A DNA stretch of 63,767 bases, the filler included, from Folioceros fuciformis (Eukaryota), in NCBI GenBank assembly GCA_049999805.1. It is 6 parts of 6 records of this genome, joined end to end, with 100 filler letters (N's around TTAATTAATTAA, not from the genome) between each part and the next. Parts side by side here need not be neighbours in the genome. Positions count along the whole stretch, not along the records: positions 1 to 15,030 come from JBNGIO010001630.1; positions 15,131 to 44,988 come from JBNGIO010001631.1; 4 more parts are not named here. One strand, given 5' to 3'. Numbering within the stretch: the first letter of the stretch is position 1; every line of letters starts with the position of its first letter. Below are positions 13,049 to 31,643 of the stretch, one piece after another. A program made the translations under genes and the position numbers. The notes under the pieces are model-generated. The model was not told where the DNA came from, did not search any database, and was given only the letters and a program-made list of their open reading frames with translations.

Positions 13049-15030
13049 TTCTGGGCGGTCCTTGAGCTGGCTTGGTATCCCTCTGTTCCTCAACTCGCCA
13101 ATGAGATAACCGCCCGTTGGAGCTGGTCAAATTCGCCGCTGCAGGATGCAAACAATCCGGCATGCCTCGAGATCCATGATTTGGCTGCCGCTCTTGGTTG
13201 TCAGGGCTGTATCTTTCTACAAGGAATTGCACTAAAGCTGAGTCGTTGTAGGTGCTCCATGTCCTAGAATTTGAATTTCTTGCCCTGTAATTTAGAGTTA
13301 TCCCTGTGAGAACACTGGTGTCAGCGATGTCTACACTTGTCACATGCACGTGTCGGAATCAGTAACATCGTCCGCGGTTAACGCATGTAATATGAAAATC
13401 GAATTCCAGAAATGAATACAGGGGTTCTTTTTCTAGCTAAGGCCTCACAATATGTAGCTTGAACAGTGCGTAGTCAAACTCATTGAAATTTGTCGTCGAT
13501 TGGCCGGTGTAAGGTAATGACAAAGGAGCTAAAAGTCTGCCACACCCGGTTCAACATGCATTTCCAAGTGAAGGTCCGTCTTAAGGAGAACATCATGCCC
13601 TCTAGCACTCAAACATCAAATAGGTGGCCCAGCTATAAAACTAAGGCATGTCCTTCTTGGGTCGGTAGAATGAATTTTGCCAGTTAGAGGGTATCCTGCC
13701 AAATAAACCTTATAGCTTTGTTCTCATAGCACACCCATGAGAGAAGGGATAGCATCAAGCCCTGCATTCTAGTAAATACCCCCACTTAAAGGATGCTCAA
13801 GAAGGGAGGCCAATAATGCTAAGAGTGCTACCCACTTAATGTAATAAAAGACGTACTACATGTGGAGGTCAACAATTGCCAAGGTTTATGGAAAGTAATT
13901 ACTAGCTAATAAGATACTGAAAACATACCTCAAGATATGGAGAGGCAAGGATCCAAAGCTTGGTTGTGGCATATAATGGAAGGCGATATGATCCACCTGT
14001 GGTATGTATTGAGTATCCTCTCAAAGGCTCAATTGCAAATTATCAGACACATACAATACAAGTACAAAATGTTTGAGACCTTTGATGACTAAGAGCTTGA
14101 CCTTCTTGCACACGGTTGTATGGAGACTATAGCCTCTCCATCAAGTTGAACAATCGGCCAAATATTAAGGACATCAAATGCATTTTTGCACCATTGAAGC
14201 GAATGACCAACAAAAAGCCATGATGGATCTAAGCGCTCATGGAACATGAAGAGATTCAATATTTCTTCGAAAGAAGATATTAATAAAGCCAAGTGTGAAA
14301 GGGGTGGTATTGTCGTAATGGTGATCAAAGTTAAGTGATATAATTGAAATTGAAGGAGTTAATTTTCAATCCTGAAAAAAAAATGGATCCCTATAGATTT
14401 TTTTGCTCTAGATATAAGATGAGCCTACAACTACCATTGCAACCACTATATGAGACCGTGGACGTTTCTTACTAATGTTAGACAAGCATTTGCACATATA
14501 GATGGAACAATTAAGAGGGTAGGTTGGATGACTTGCATACTCATCCCTTCTAGATTGGATGGGTTTACACCCTTTTTCAAATGGATATGAAAATAATTTT
14601 ATTATTATAAATAACATATACTAGTGGGCAAACTTACATAGATCATTTATTCATATTTTTGCTCATGTCAGTATTTATTGGTATTATAGCATACTACATG
14701 GAAACCTACCACTACTTCTGTCAACATAACAACTCATTTCTACAACATCTAACCAACACTCCATAGCAACATGCTCTATATAATACATGCGGGTCAAATG
14801 GTGTAATTGCAATACTAGAGGTATATTCCATCGCTGTTTTGTGATGATCATAGTTTCATTACTTTATCTTAGTTGTAATTTGATTGATATTCTTATCTTA
14901 GTTGGTATTATTATCATATATTTAATATAATATCCTTATAAATATCATATATTTTATTTCACTTATGCTAAATGACCTTGAGGATTCTCTTTCCTCTCTT
15001 TCTTTACCCTAAACTTGCTAGTCTCATGTT

Positions 15031-15130
15031 NNNNNNNNNNNNNNNNNNNNNNNNNNNNNNNNNNNNNNNNNNNNTTAATTAATTAANNNNNNNNNNNNNN
15101 NNNNNNNNNNNNNNNNNNNNNNNNNNNNNN
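15031..15130. other. Artificial contig spacer (N-run with TTAATTAATTAA six-frame stop)
   Basis: 100-bp N/TTAATTAATTAA/N linker, present five times identically in the window. Confidence 0.98.
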
Positions 15131-15316
15131 GGGTAGCCTGCGCTGCGCATTTGTTTCCCAAACGGTCTGGCCTAGCGAGGGGATCTCGAGGATGAAGCCA
15201 GCTGGCTGGGGGTTGTTTGTGTGTAGCAGTAGCAGCATGTAGGAGGTGGCATGGCAGGAAGTGAGTCGTGAGTCGTGAGTCGTGAATCTTCATGAGCAGG
15301 CGCTCCAGGTGATACG

Positions 15317-15318
<2 letters not shown>

Positions 15319-15347
<29 letters not shown>
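15319..15347. repeat. (TG)n dinucleotide microsatellite
   Basis: Directly visible tgtgtg run. Confidence 0.95.
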
Positions 15348-15351
<4 letters not shown>

Positions 15352-15920
15352 TGTCTGGGATTCAGATTCCGAAGACGTGCAAGCGGAGGAGAAGGCAGAC
15401 GTATGGATGTACGTGGCCGGCCACGTAAGCCGGGGACGCACCCGGCAAGCGGCCCAGCTCGGGCCAAACATTCCCGGGACAGCCCGCACCAACAGCGCAC
15501 CTCCCTTGTAGGAATCGCCACCGCGTCCGACTGCGAGTCGGGTTGCGGTTTTGGCAGCATCCTGATTCCCCTGCATGATGGGCTCTAGAATACTATACAC
15601 CCCAGATTCCTCCCATCTCTCCTACTCAGATTCCTCCACCGCCGCTCCGATCTGGTCCCATGAGTCTGTCAGAACCTGGCAGGCATGGCATTCACTCCCA
15701 GCCAGCGCCATTGCTGCCATATCCTCGGAACTCCAAGTCAGTTGCAACCTGCGCATGCATGGAACATTTTCCGCACTCCAGCTCCGCTCCGCTCCCCTCC
15801 CTCGAGTCACCAACCCGACTCACGCCTACAAATACCCATGCTGGCCTGGCCTGGCCTGATCGAATGGCCCAACACCTACTACATACATAGTGGCCTGGCA
15901 TGGCTCTGGCCTGACCCTGT

Positions 15921-15925
15921 CTCTG

Positions 15926-15968
<43 letters not shown>

Positions 15969-16022
15969 CCCTGGCCCTGGCCCTGGCCCCGGCCCCGGCC
16001 CCGGCCCCGGCCCCGGCCCCGG
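15921..16022. repeat. Compound hexamer microsatellite (CTCTGG)8(CCCTGG)3(CCCCGG)6
   Basis: 17 contiguous hexamers counted directly. Confidence 0.95.
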
Positions 16023-16950
16023 CCTAGTCGACGCGCTCAATAGGGTACAACTGGGCTTGTTGACTGGCCCCGCCCGTGATCCTCTCCAGTACAGTCCTTC
16101 GAACAGCCAACGGCAGTGCGGGGAGGGAGGGGCCGGCCATGCCCAAATCTTTACAGCGGGAGCCACGCAGCGCAGGCCACCTTGTGATGTTGCGGGTGGT
16201 GGGGCTGGGACGTACTCGGGAGAGTTCCCGAAGGACTGCCCCCAGCTGTGCCCATGTTCTGCCGTTCGGGGAAAGGGAAAAGTCTCCCAACATGCTGCAA
16301 TAAAGTATCCGGGTTAGGGCTACAGCGCGGGCTGCGTGGATCCATACACAAAGACAGGTTAGCTATCTTGGCCGTGGAAGCTTGATGCCTGCCCACCCCC
16401 CCGTCTCTCTACTCCTTCCGTGAGGAGGGGGGGAGGGTAGGTAGGTGGAGCCTGTACACCCATCACTTCAGCATTCCGTTCCGCCCACAAGTAATGCTTC
16501 CTCACACTCCTACAACTTTGGACAACAGACTATCTACCCCCTTCATGGAAAGGGGAAAGGGAACCCCAGATGCGAGAAGTGGGTAACAAGCGGTTACGTT
16601 GACAGACTGACTCTTGGCAGTGAACAACAATAATATATGAGTGTAACTCGAGTACCTGTAAAGGCATCCGGCCATGCCACAGACAGGACGACCGAAACAT
16701 GGGTGCTCAGACATTGAGCGCCCCTTCGACATATGATAAACAAGATGCACAACAGAGACTGCAATACAGTCCAAATCCGTGCCTGCCTTTCCCGAGTCAA
16801 AAAGCTAGCCGAGAATGTATCTTTCCTGTAGTCACTCAAAAGCTACTCAAGAGCTACCTTTTCTTAAGATCCGGGAGCTCACATTCTTCGGTGGGGATTC
16901 CCGTGAGCTCCAGGTTGGAGCACTCACCTCCATAGCCCAGACAATAAATC

Positions 16951-18546
16951 CTAGTCCGGGAGTGCAGTACCACGTTCCAAATTGTTCTTGATCTCAACCG
17001 TGTACTTGCCAAAAGCTCTTTCAATCTTCCTGTTGAAATGCTCATTGCGGTCGTTGATAGAATCGATGTCCTTCTCTTCATGGAACTTGCGGCGTCTGCT
17101 GAAGTCCTTCCGACTTTGGTCTCTGTGCATCAGCTCCTCGATCATTCTATCGACATTCCGCTCGGGGATATCTGGAGTCTGGACCACCCAACACATCAAC
17201 CATACATCAACTATTCACAAGACCGTGTAGCCAACAAAACAGTCCTTTACTGTTTTGCTCCGATTACCATCCGCTTCCACACAAACTTTTCAGATAAACA
17301 CTCATGGAAATATATTCCAGGACGTTTAGAAGATAGCTTTAGCTTGCCAGTGTGTTCTGTCACCTTGCCGTATTGTAGGCTCGCTCCATCCCGGTAGAAG
17401 TCAGGATCACCATCCCTCGCTTTCATGTAGTCCTCCATTGTGTTTGGGATATTCTTTGTCCTCTTCTTGTATGCAGTGTACAGGGAGCGCTGATTGAACA
17501 CTGCACCGCAACAGACCCAAAGAGAGTGTTAAACGAGCAAAGCAGGCTTGGAGGTGACCTACAGGACCAACGTTTCGGCTCAGCCTTCTGAGAACCTGTT
17601 TACTCACCATCCCAACCAAAGGCTGCTGGCTTCTTGTCCCACTTCTTGTACTTGACTTCTGCAGATTCTTGTGTTTCCAACATGTACGCTTGGCTCATTT
17701 CCAATCCATTGGAACTCAATTGTTTCCCTAACCGCTCCTTCTTTTCCTCAAACCACTTCTGCTTGGAAATGCCTCGAGACTCTTTAGGGGCTTCTTCTCT
17801 CTTCCTCTCCGCAGCAATTGCTGCCTGGTTTGCTTTTCGAGCAGCATTCTGCAAAACCATTGTAAATCAGTCTCTGCCACTCACACACGTCCTAACAATC
17901 GAGTCTCCTCCAACAAACAGCATGATAACCAGCCTCCACACGAAGCAAGCTAACAGAATAGCGTCTTCACCAATTTCATACGCAGGTCGAACAGCTTCTT
18001 CTGATGCTCAGACATGTTCGCATAGGCTTCGCTGTCCTTTTCAATCCCGTCCACAACATCCTTGCCTTCTCCATTCCCCCGCTCATCTGCCCTTTCTGCA
18101 GGTTCAAGGGTTTCTGAGGCATCTTCAGCTGGCCTCTCCGCGTCCTCCGCCTGCCTTTCAGAGCCTCGACCCAGCGACGAGGGAAGGGTTTCTGCAGACG
18201 CAACTCCTGAGTCCAGAAAACAACAACAAACAATCCACCCATGAGCTCATAAACTGCTGATTCACTTCAGCCAACAAAACTTTTTTTTTTTTTTTTTTTT
18301 TTTTTTCTCCCGTCTCCCGTCACGAGCCCATCACCGCAACATAGCACTCTTGTCAGCAGGAAGCGTCCCTCAGAAACCCGCAGCCACAGAATCCCAAAGT
18401 TGCTCACCTGATGCTGCCTCTGCCTGAGCAAGGGCTTCTCTCTTCTCCGCGATCACCCTGAAGCAGTACTCCACACACTCATGATACGGATTCTCTGCGT
18501 TCACGCAGCCCGGATGCACCTTGCCGGTCATCTCCATCTCTACCAT
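16951..18546 (-). CDS. SYF2: Pre-mRNA splicing factor SYF2 (GCIP-interacting p29 family), multi-exon
   Basis: N-terminal VHPGCVNAENPYHECVEYC; middle KKWDKKPAAFGWD|VFNQRSLYTAYKKR; C-terminal FSRRRKFHEEKDIDSINDRNEHFNRKIERAFGKYTVEIKNNLERGTALPD*. Confidence 0.93.
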
Positions 18547-18964
18547 GCTGAAGCAGCGGAATGTAAGCCGTCCGTCCGTGAAACCTAGCAAAACCAAAGC
18601 CTCGTCCACTATCCCCCTTCAACGGCCTCCTCTCGAGGGGCACGAGCCCGAAGCAATTCTTGATTGCAAGACACAGCTCGACATTGTGGTGTGGAATCCA
18701 TAGGCATCACTCCCAGGGCATTAGCAGACGCCTTCCACAACGTACGACTCCATGCCTTTCAATCGACCCAATCCTTATACACGTATTTACATATATAGTA
18801 GTTGGTGAACTAGGTGTACATCGTAGTTACCAATATGGCCCATATGTCGCCACGCGAGTAACATGCTGTCGGTAAAACGTAGCCCGTGGAAGGTAAAACT
18901 CTGGAGTACACGATCTCAACGAGGCGAGGCGACGCGAGCCCGAGGTAGGCCATAAATGCGTCTA

Positions 18965-18972
18965 AAACCCTA
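18965..18972. promoter_or_regulatory. telo-box (AAACCCTA) in the divergent promoter upstream of SYF2
   Basis: AAACCCTA ~420 bp upstream of the SYF2 ATG; telo-boxes are common in plant housekeeping and RNA-processing gene promoters. Confidence 0.35.
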
Positions 18973-19353
18973 CAAGCCCCTGGCTGGTTTCGGTGGCCCC
19001 AAAATGTGCACCTGATGTTCGAATGTGCGTTTGCGGATCTCGATGGCACATGGAGAGTTCTTAAAGAGTGTCAGAGCAGGGGATTGGTGGAGTTCAGGAC
19101 AGGATGAACGCAACGGGCCCGTTCTACGAAGTATGTCTTGTGCCTCACTACATTGTCTATTCTAGCTCTTCTGGGAGGATTTTGTTGCTGGATTCCGGCT
19201 GCATAGATGGAAGCCAGTCAGAGTAGATCACTAGAAGTGTCGGGCAGGGAGATGCTGGCAGTCAGGACTTTGTGAGGGCAAGAGAGTGAGGAATTTCGCA
19301 TATCTATGTAGGGAGCACGCAGGGACGGTTGCGGACTGCCGAGGAGGAATCGC

Positions 19354-20190
19354 ATGGCTCGATCGGGCATGGTGAACTTTTGTGCTCTCGTGATCATCAT
19401 CTTCGCAGGGTTCACCTTCTATCAGAGGGTGCTCATGGAGTGTAACGTTGCTCGGAAGAACAGGTCTTGATTCTTGACAGTGCTGTGAAGGATTAGTTTG
19501 CTGTGATGCGATTGCTGAAAGAGCAGGAATTTGAAACTTCTGCGACTCTTGCATGTGGTCTTTGTGGAGTAAGGTCGGGGAACTATTGTGGTTTGTGTAG
19601 TGTTCACTTCGAGCGTGTTTATGACGAAGCGCAGGACGAGGTGGCCGAGTGGAGGAGGAGATACGATTCTCAAGTGCTGCGGGCGGATGAATGCCATGCC
19701 AATGTCAGTTATCTGGACCGCGGTAAGTACTGCTGTCATCACATGCCAGGTCTAAATCGTGATCCTGGGGAATTCGTGTGCGCAGACGACCAAGCAGCTT
19801 GTGTTGCAAGCGGAAGAGGTGAAATTATCTAGTGCGCAGCTGGAGTTCACACAGAAGGTACCAAACACCGTTGCCTCTCAAGGTTATGCGACTGCGCTTA
19901 TGGTTTCCCCTCACTGCTCTCCGTCCCGCACAGGAAAACCAAAAGCTGCTGGACGAGATCATCCGATTGAACGCAGAACTGACCAAGTCGAGAGAGACTC
20001 ACGTTGATGTTGCCTCAAACGGGTACGGTGTGTGCAGTTTTTTTTTTTTCCTTCGGAGGACTCTCTTCAGGAGGTTCTGGTAGATGTATGTACTTTCTAA
20101 CTCAGATCGCTGATTCCTGTGGGCAGGGATCACGCAATGTTGAGCGTGGATGCGGAGAAATTGAAAGGACAAATTAGAAGAGATCTCTAA
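19354..20190 (+). CDS. Small hypothetical single-TM coiled-coil protein (about 5 coding exons)
   Basis: Spliced reading MARSGMVNFCALVIIIFAGFTFYQRVLMECNVARKN|VHFERVYDEAQDEVAEWRRRYDSQVLRADECHAN|TTKQLVLQAEEVKLSSAQLEFTQK|ENQKLLDEIIRLNAELTKSRE..|..EKLKGQIRRDL*, with GT-AG introns. Start codon uncertain. Confidence 0.6.
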
Positions 20191-20794
20191 TTGCAGCCCT
20201 TCTGAAGACAGAACAAATGTTCAGACTAGGAAAGTAGTAACTGGTGGCCGCCCATGCAGCCGAATCATCGACGCATTGCTATGGACTGTGGAATTGAAAG
20301 AATCTTCGTGGGTTCGGAACGTGGGAAGTGTTCTACGTACGGACGTATAGCACGCAATTCTTCCCAAAACCCGCATGGCCTTCTAAAATGTGCCGATGAG
20401 GTCTGTAGTTTCTTCTCTATAATACTTTACACGTATCCAAACGTACTGTTTGCCAGTGTCCTTTGTAGTGGCAAAGGGGGATCGCCTCCTCGAAGGACCC
20501 GTTTCACATGGCCGGTACATTTATTTACGTATGGTTTCGCTTTTTTCACTTGATCTCCTTATTTTATCCTTGAAACTTGTATGTTTTTACCCAAAAGTTG
20601 TAAAAAAACTCAAGTTAATAAAGTTAGGGACTGGGGTGGGTTAGAGGAAGCCCGACCGAGTTTACTATCCGCGGAAATGTTTGATTTCACTTGCGTCTCA
20701 TGTTCGTTGTAGTGCCTCAGTGGATTGCTGTGGAGATTGATATCTGTATCCGAACCGCATCAAAGGACAGTGTGGAGTCGTGTCAACGTTCACC

Positions 20795-28346
<7,552 letters not shown>

Positions 28347-29024
28347 GATCAGGCCTGGCAGCATGTTTCTAGCATGCAAAATTTTGGTGCACTGAGCCCT
28401 TACTACTAGATACAAATGATCCATCGTCACCGGTTGTGTCAGTGTTGCAAACCCGGGAAATGGGTTATTATCTCTGGAAACTGTGGCAGTCCACATTAGT
28501 TCTAGGTAGGGCCTGTGATTTGAGAATGGATGTAAAATATTGCTCAAGTCGTTCAATTTCATGTATCGAACACACGGGAAAACAAGTTATGTACTAAGAA
28601 CAATTGTATCCATAGAAGTTGCTTGACTAAGAAGTGAAATCGGAGAGATTGAGCCTGTCTAGCTCATCAATAACTACTGTACTCGTTTGGCTTTGTACGA
28701 TGCAAAATCGAAGCGCCATACGAGCTGACTGCCTCGCCGCCTCAAATTTGCCTCCGGCTGACCTGCAGGCTGGCTATGGATCCGTTTAAAGGGGGTGTGC
28801 ATCTCGGGCCTCTGCCCACGTACTTACAAGGGGGAATGGGCTCTGCAGATCCTACAAGAGAGGATTCGTGGTACAAAGGAGCGAGTACCCTAGAGGCTCT
28901 TGGCCCGACTGAGGAAACTGTCGATCGGCGTCTCGGAGTGATTGAGGACGAGGTTTTGGCACCACTGTGGGCCGAAATCCAAAGCAAAATACCGCTGGAG
29001 GCACAAATGATTCTGCTTTAAACC

Positions 29025-31643
29025 ATGGCTGCGTGGCGCGTGGCACGTCATTCACACAGGGCCACAGCAGCGTCTCTGGATCCCGTAAGGACAAATTGGT
29101 GGGATAATCTGCGTGGGGAGCCCCAGGAGGCCCTCGGATTGTACAGGCCACCTTGGGTGGGTGCCCAGCAGGCTGATCTTGACATGCCAGTGGGATATCA
29201 AAGGAGCGTAACGGCTGAAACTGTGGGCCAATTATGTAAGCAGGGTCAGCTCAGTGACGGTGTTGAGGCTCTGGGAGTTATGGTGAAGACGGACTCTTGT
29301 GTTTCTCAGTCTCTCTTTTATACTGTGCTCAAAAAATGTATCGTCCAGAGAGACCTCGTTCTGGGTCGCCGCGTCCATGCCCTCACCGTGAAAGGGGGGT
29401 ACGAGTCGGATACGTTTTTGTGCAACCATTTATTGCGGATGTATGCTACTCATGCCAGGTTGCAAGAAGCCATGGATGTCTTTGCAGTAGTTGCCGAACC
29501 AGATGCCTTCACATGGTCTGCCGTAATATCTGCACAAGTTAAACACGGACAAGACAGGCAAGCCATAGAGCTGTACCATCAAATGTGCAGGTCGGGTGTG
29601 AAACCGGATGGCCATGTTTTTGTAGCAGCCCTCCAGGCTTGTGCAAGGGGAGCAGACTTGGAAACTGGGCAGCAGGTGCATGCTCATGTGTTGACCAGTG
29701 AGGTTGAGCCTGACATGTTTGTTTGTAATTGCTTGGTGGACATGTATGCAAAGTGCGGCAGCTTGGAGGAAGCTCATAGAGTGTTTGATGGACTTGGCCA
29801 GAAGAATGTTGTGACGTGGACTTCTCTGATAGCAGCATATTCCCAGCAGGGCATGTGGCAAAAGGCTCTTGGGCTTTATGGGGCTATGCAACAAGAGGGT
29901 ATGGTCGCACCGGATTCGGTGACGTTTGTGTACCTTCTCCAGGCATGTACAAGCGTGGGCACCCCGGCCTTGGAGACCGGGAAACAGCTTCATGCACAGA
30001 TTAGAGACAGAGGACTTCAATCTGACATGTTTGTAGCCACTGGTTTGGTAAACATGTATGCGAAATGTGGCAGCTTGGATGATGCTCAAACAATGTTCGA
30101 TGGGCTTCCTCAGAAAGATGTGGTGATGTGGAATGCCATGATAGCAGGATATTCCCAGCAGGGCATGGGGCAGGAAGCGCTCCAGCTTTACAGGGCTATG
30201 CAGGACGAAGGTGTAACTCCAGACAATAGAGTTACGTTTGTCTCCCTCCTGCAGGCTTGTGCGAGTGTAGGAGACCTACAGCAGGGGAAGGAGCTCCACT
30301 TACTCATCCGGGAAAGAGGCTTTGAAGCTGACGCAGTCATTGTTAGCAGCCTTGTAAACATGTATGCTAAGTGTGGGAGCTTGGTGGATGCGCGTAAGGT
30401 GTTTGACACTTTGCCCAGCAAGGATGTGGTGACCTGGAATTCCATGATAGCAGGATATGCTCAGCAGGGCCTCGGGCGCGACGCCTTGACTTTGTATGGG
30501 AACATGCAACATGAGGGCATCACTTCAGCCAATCATGTCACGTTTTTGTGCCTTCTTCAGGCATGCGCCAGTGTTGGAGCATTGCAGCAGGGCAAGCAGC
30601 TTCACTTCGAGATTCGGGAACGGGGTCTAGAGGGCGATGCGTTCATTAGCAGCTGCCTGGTGGACATGTATTCAAAATGTGGTAACTTGGAGGATGCTGG
30701 CAAACTCTTCGACAGTCTGCCCAAACGAAATTTGGTAACATGGAATGCTCTCCTGAATGGCTACGCCCAAAATAACGATGGTCGCATGGCCATCCAGTGT
30801 TTTGAAGATATGCTGCGGCAAGGTGTTCAACCAGATGAGACTACTTTCACATGTCTCCTTGTGGCGTGCAGTCACGCCGGACTGGTGCAAGAGGGCCAGA
30901 GGTATTTCAGACTGATGGTGGAAGAGCATGGGATTGTGCCCTCTGACTACCCCCTCAGTTGCATGGTTGATCTTCTCGGTCGCTCTGGCCAGCTGGATGA
31001 GGCCGAACATCTGTTGCGGAACGCATCGTTCGTGAACGATGTTGTGGGCTGGACAGCGTTGTTGACGGCGTGCAAAGGGTATGGCGATGTAGAGCGTGGA
31101 CAACGGTGCTTTGATCATCTTGCCAAATTAGCACCTGAGGATGCCAGTGCATATGTGCTGCTGGGGACTATCTATGCGAACGCTGGCAGGTGGGACGATG
31201 TGGATAGGATTGAAAGCTGGAGGAAGTCGGCCGGTGCAATGAAAAAGGCTGCTAAGGCATGCATTGAAGTGTCGAAGGAGGTGCACGAGTTCACAGTAGG
31301 TGAAGAGAGGTCTGACATCTCTCCAACACTGATGAGCCTGAATAGTAGATTGAAGAAAGGAGGGCACGTGCCGCAAACACAGGTGGTGCTTAAGGCAGTG
31401 TCCGAGCAAGAAAAGGAGGATGCTTTGTGTGGGCACGCGGAGAAATTGGCATTGGCGTACGGTCTTCTGCACACGCCGGAAGGCTCAACTTTATTAGTTA
31501 CCAAAAACCTGCGGATGTGCAACGACTGCCACAGTAGCACGAAGATCATGTCGCGTCTTGAAAAGCGAGACATCGTTGTGAGAGATGCACACCGAGTGCA
31601 TCGATTCGTGGATGGCTCATGTTCGTGTGGCGACAGACATTGA
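29025..31643 (+). CDS. PLS-class PPR protein with E1/E2 and DYW:KP-type (HAEK...DRH) deaminase domain; candidate organellar U-to-C RNA editing factor
   Basis: Intronless 872-aa ORF: Arg/Ala-rich N-terminus, ~17 L/S/P repeats, E1/E2, KKAAKACIEV in place of the PG box, zinc motif HAEKLA...CNDCH, terminal CSCGDRH. Confidence 0.93.
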   Translation: MAAWRVARHSHRATAASLDPVRTNWWDNLRGEPQEALGLYRPPWVGAQQADLDMPVGYQRSVTAETVGQLCKQGQLSDGVEALGVMVKTDSCVSQSLFYTVLKKCIVQRDLVLGRRVHALTVKGGYESDTFLCNHLLRMYATHARLQEAMDVFAVVAEPDAFTWSAVISAQVKHGQDRQAIELYHQMCRSGVKPDGHVFVAALQACARGADLETGQQVHAHVLTSEVEPDMFVCNCLVDMYAKCGSLEEAHRVFDGLGQKNVVTWTSLIAAYSQQGMWQKALGLYGAMQQEGMVAPDSVTFVYLLQACTSVGTPALETGKQLHAQIRDRGLQSDMFVATGLVNMYAKCGSLDDAQTMFDGLPQKDVVMWNAMIAGYSQQGMGQEALQLYRAMQDEGVTPDNRVTFVSLLQACASVGDLQQGKELHLLIRERGFEADAVIVSSLVNMYAKCGSLVDARKVFDTLPSKDVVTWNSMIAGYAQQGLGRDALTLYGNMQHEGITSANHVTFLCLLQACASVGALQQGKQLHFEIRERGLEGDAFISSCLVDMYSKCGNLEDAGKLFDSLPKRNLVTWNALLNGYAQNNDGRMAIQCFEDMLRQGVQPDETTFTCLLVACSHAGLVQEGQRYFRLMVEEHGIVPSDYPLSCMVDLLGRSGQLDEAEHLLRNASFVNDVVGWTALLTACKGYGDVERGQRCFDHLAKLAPEDASAYVLLGTIYANAGRWDDVDRIESWRKSAGAMKKAAKACIEVSKEVHEFTVGEERSDISPTLMSLNSRLKKGGHVPQTQVVLKAVSEQEKEDALCGHAEKLALAYGLLHTPEGSTLLVTKNLRMCNDCHSSTKIMSRLEKRDIVVRDAHRVHRFVDGSCSCGDRH

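Noticed and set aside
15685-16317. ORF with GS/GP repeats (minus strand PG/PE repeats)
   Set aside because: Simply the translation of the hexamer microsatellite.
28999-29021. Autoregulatory self-editing of the uORF stop by the DYW:KP protein
   Set aside because: The upstream sequence matches only ~3 of 11 predicted PPR code positions, and the protein appears to be organelle-targeted.
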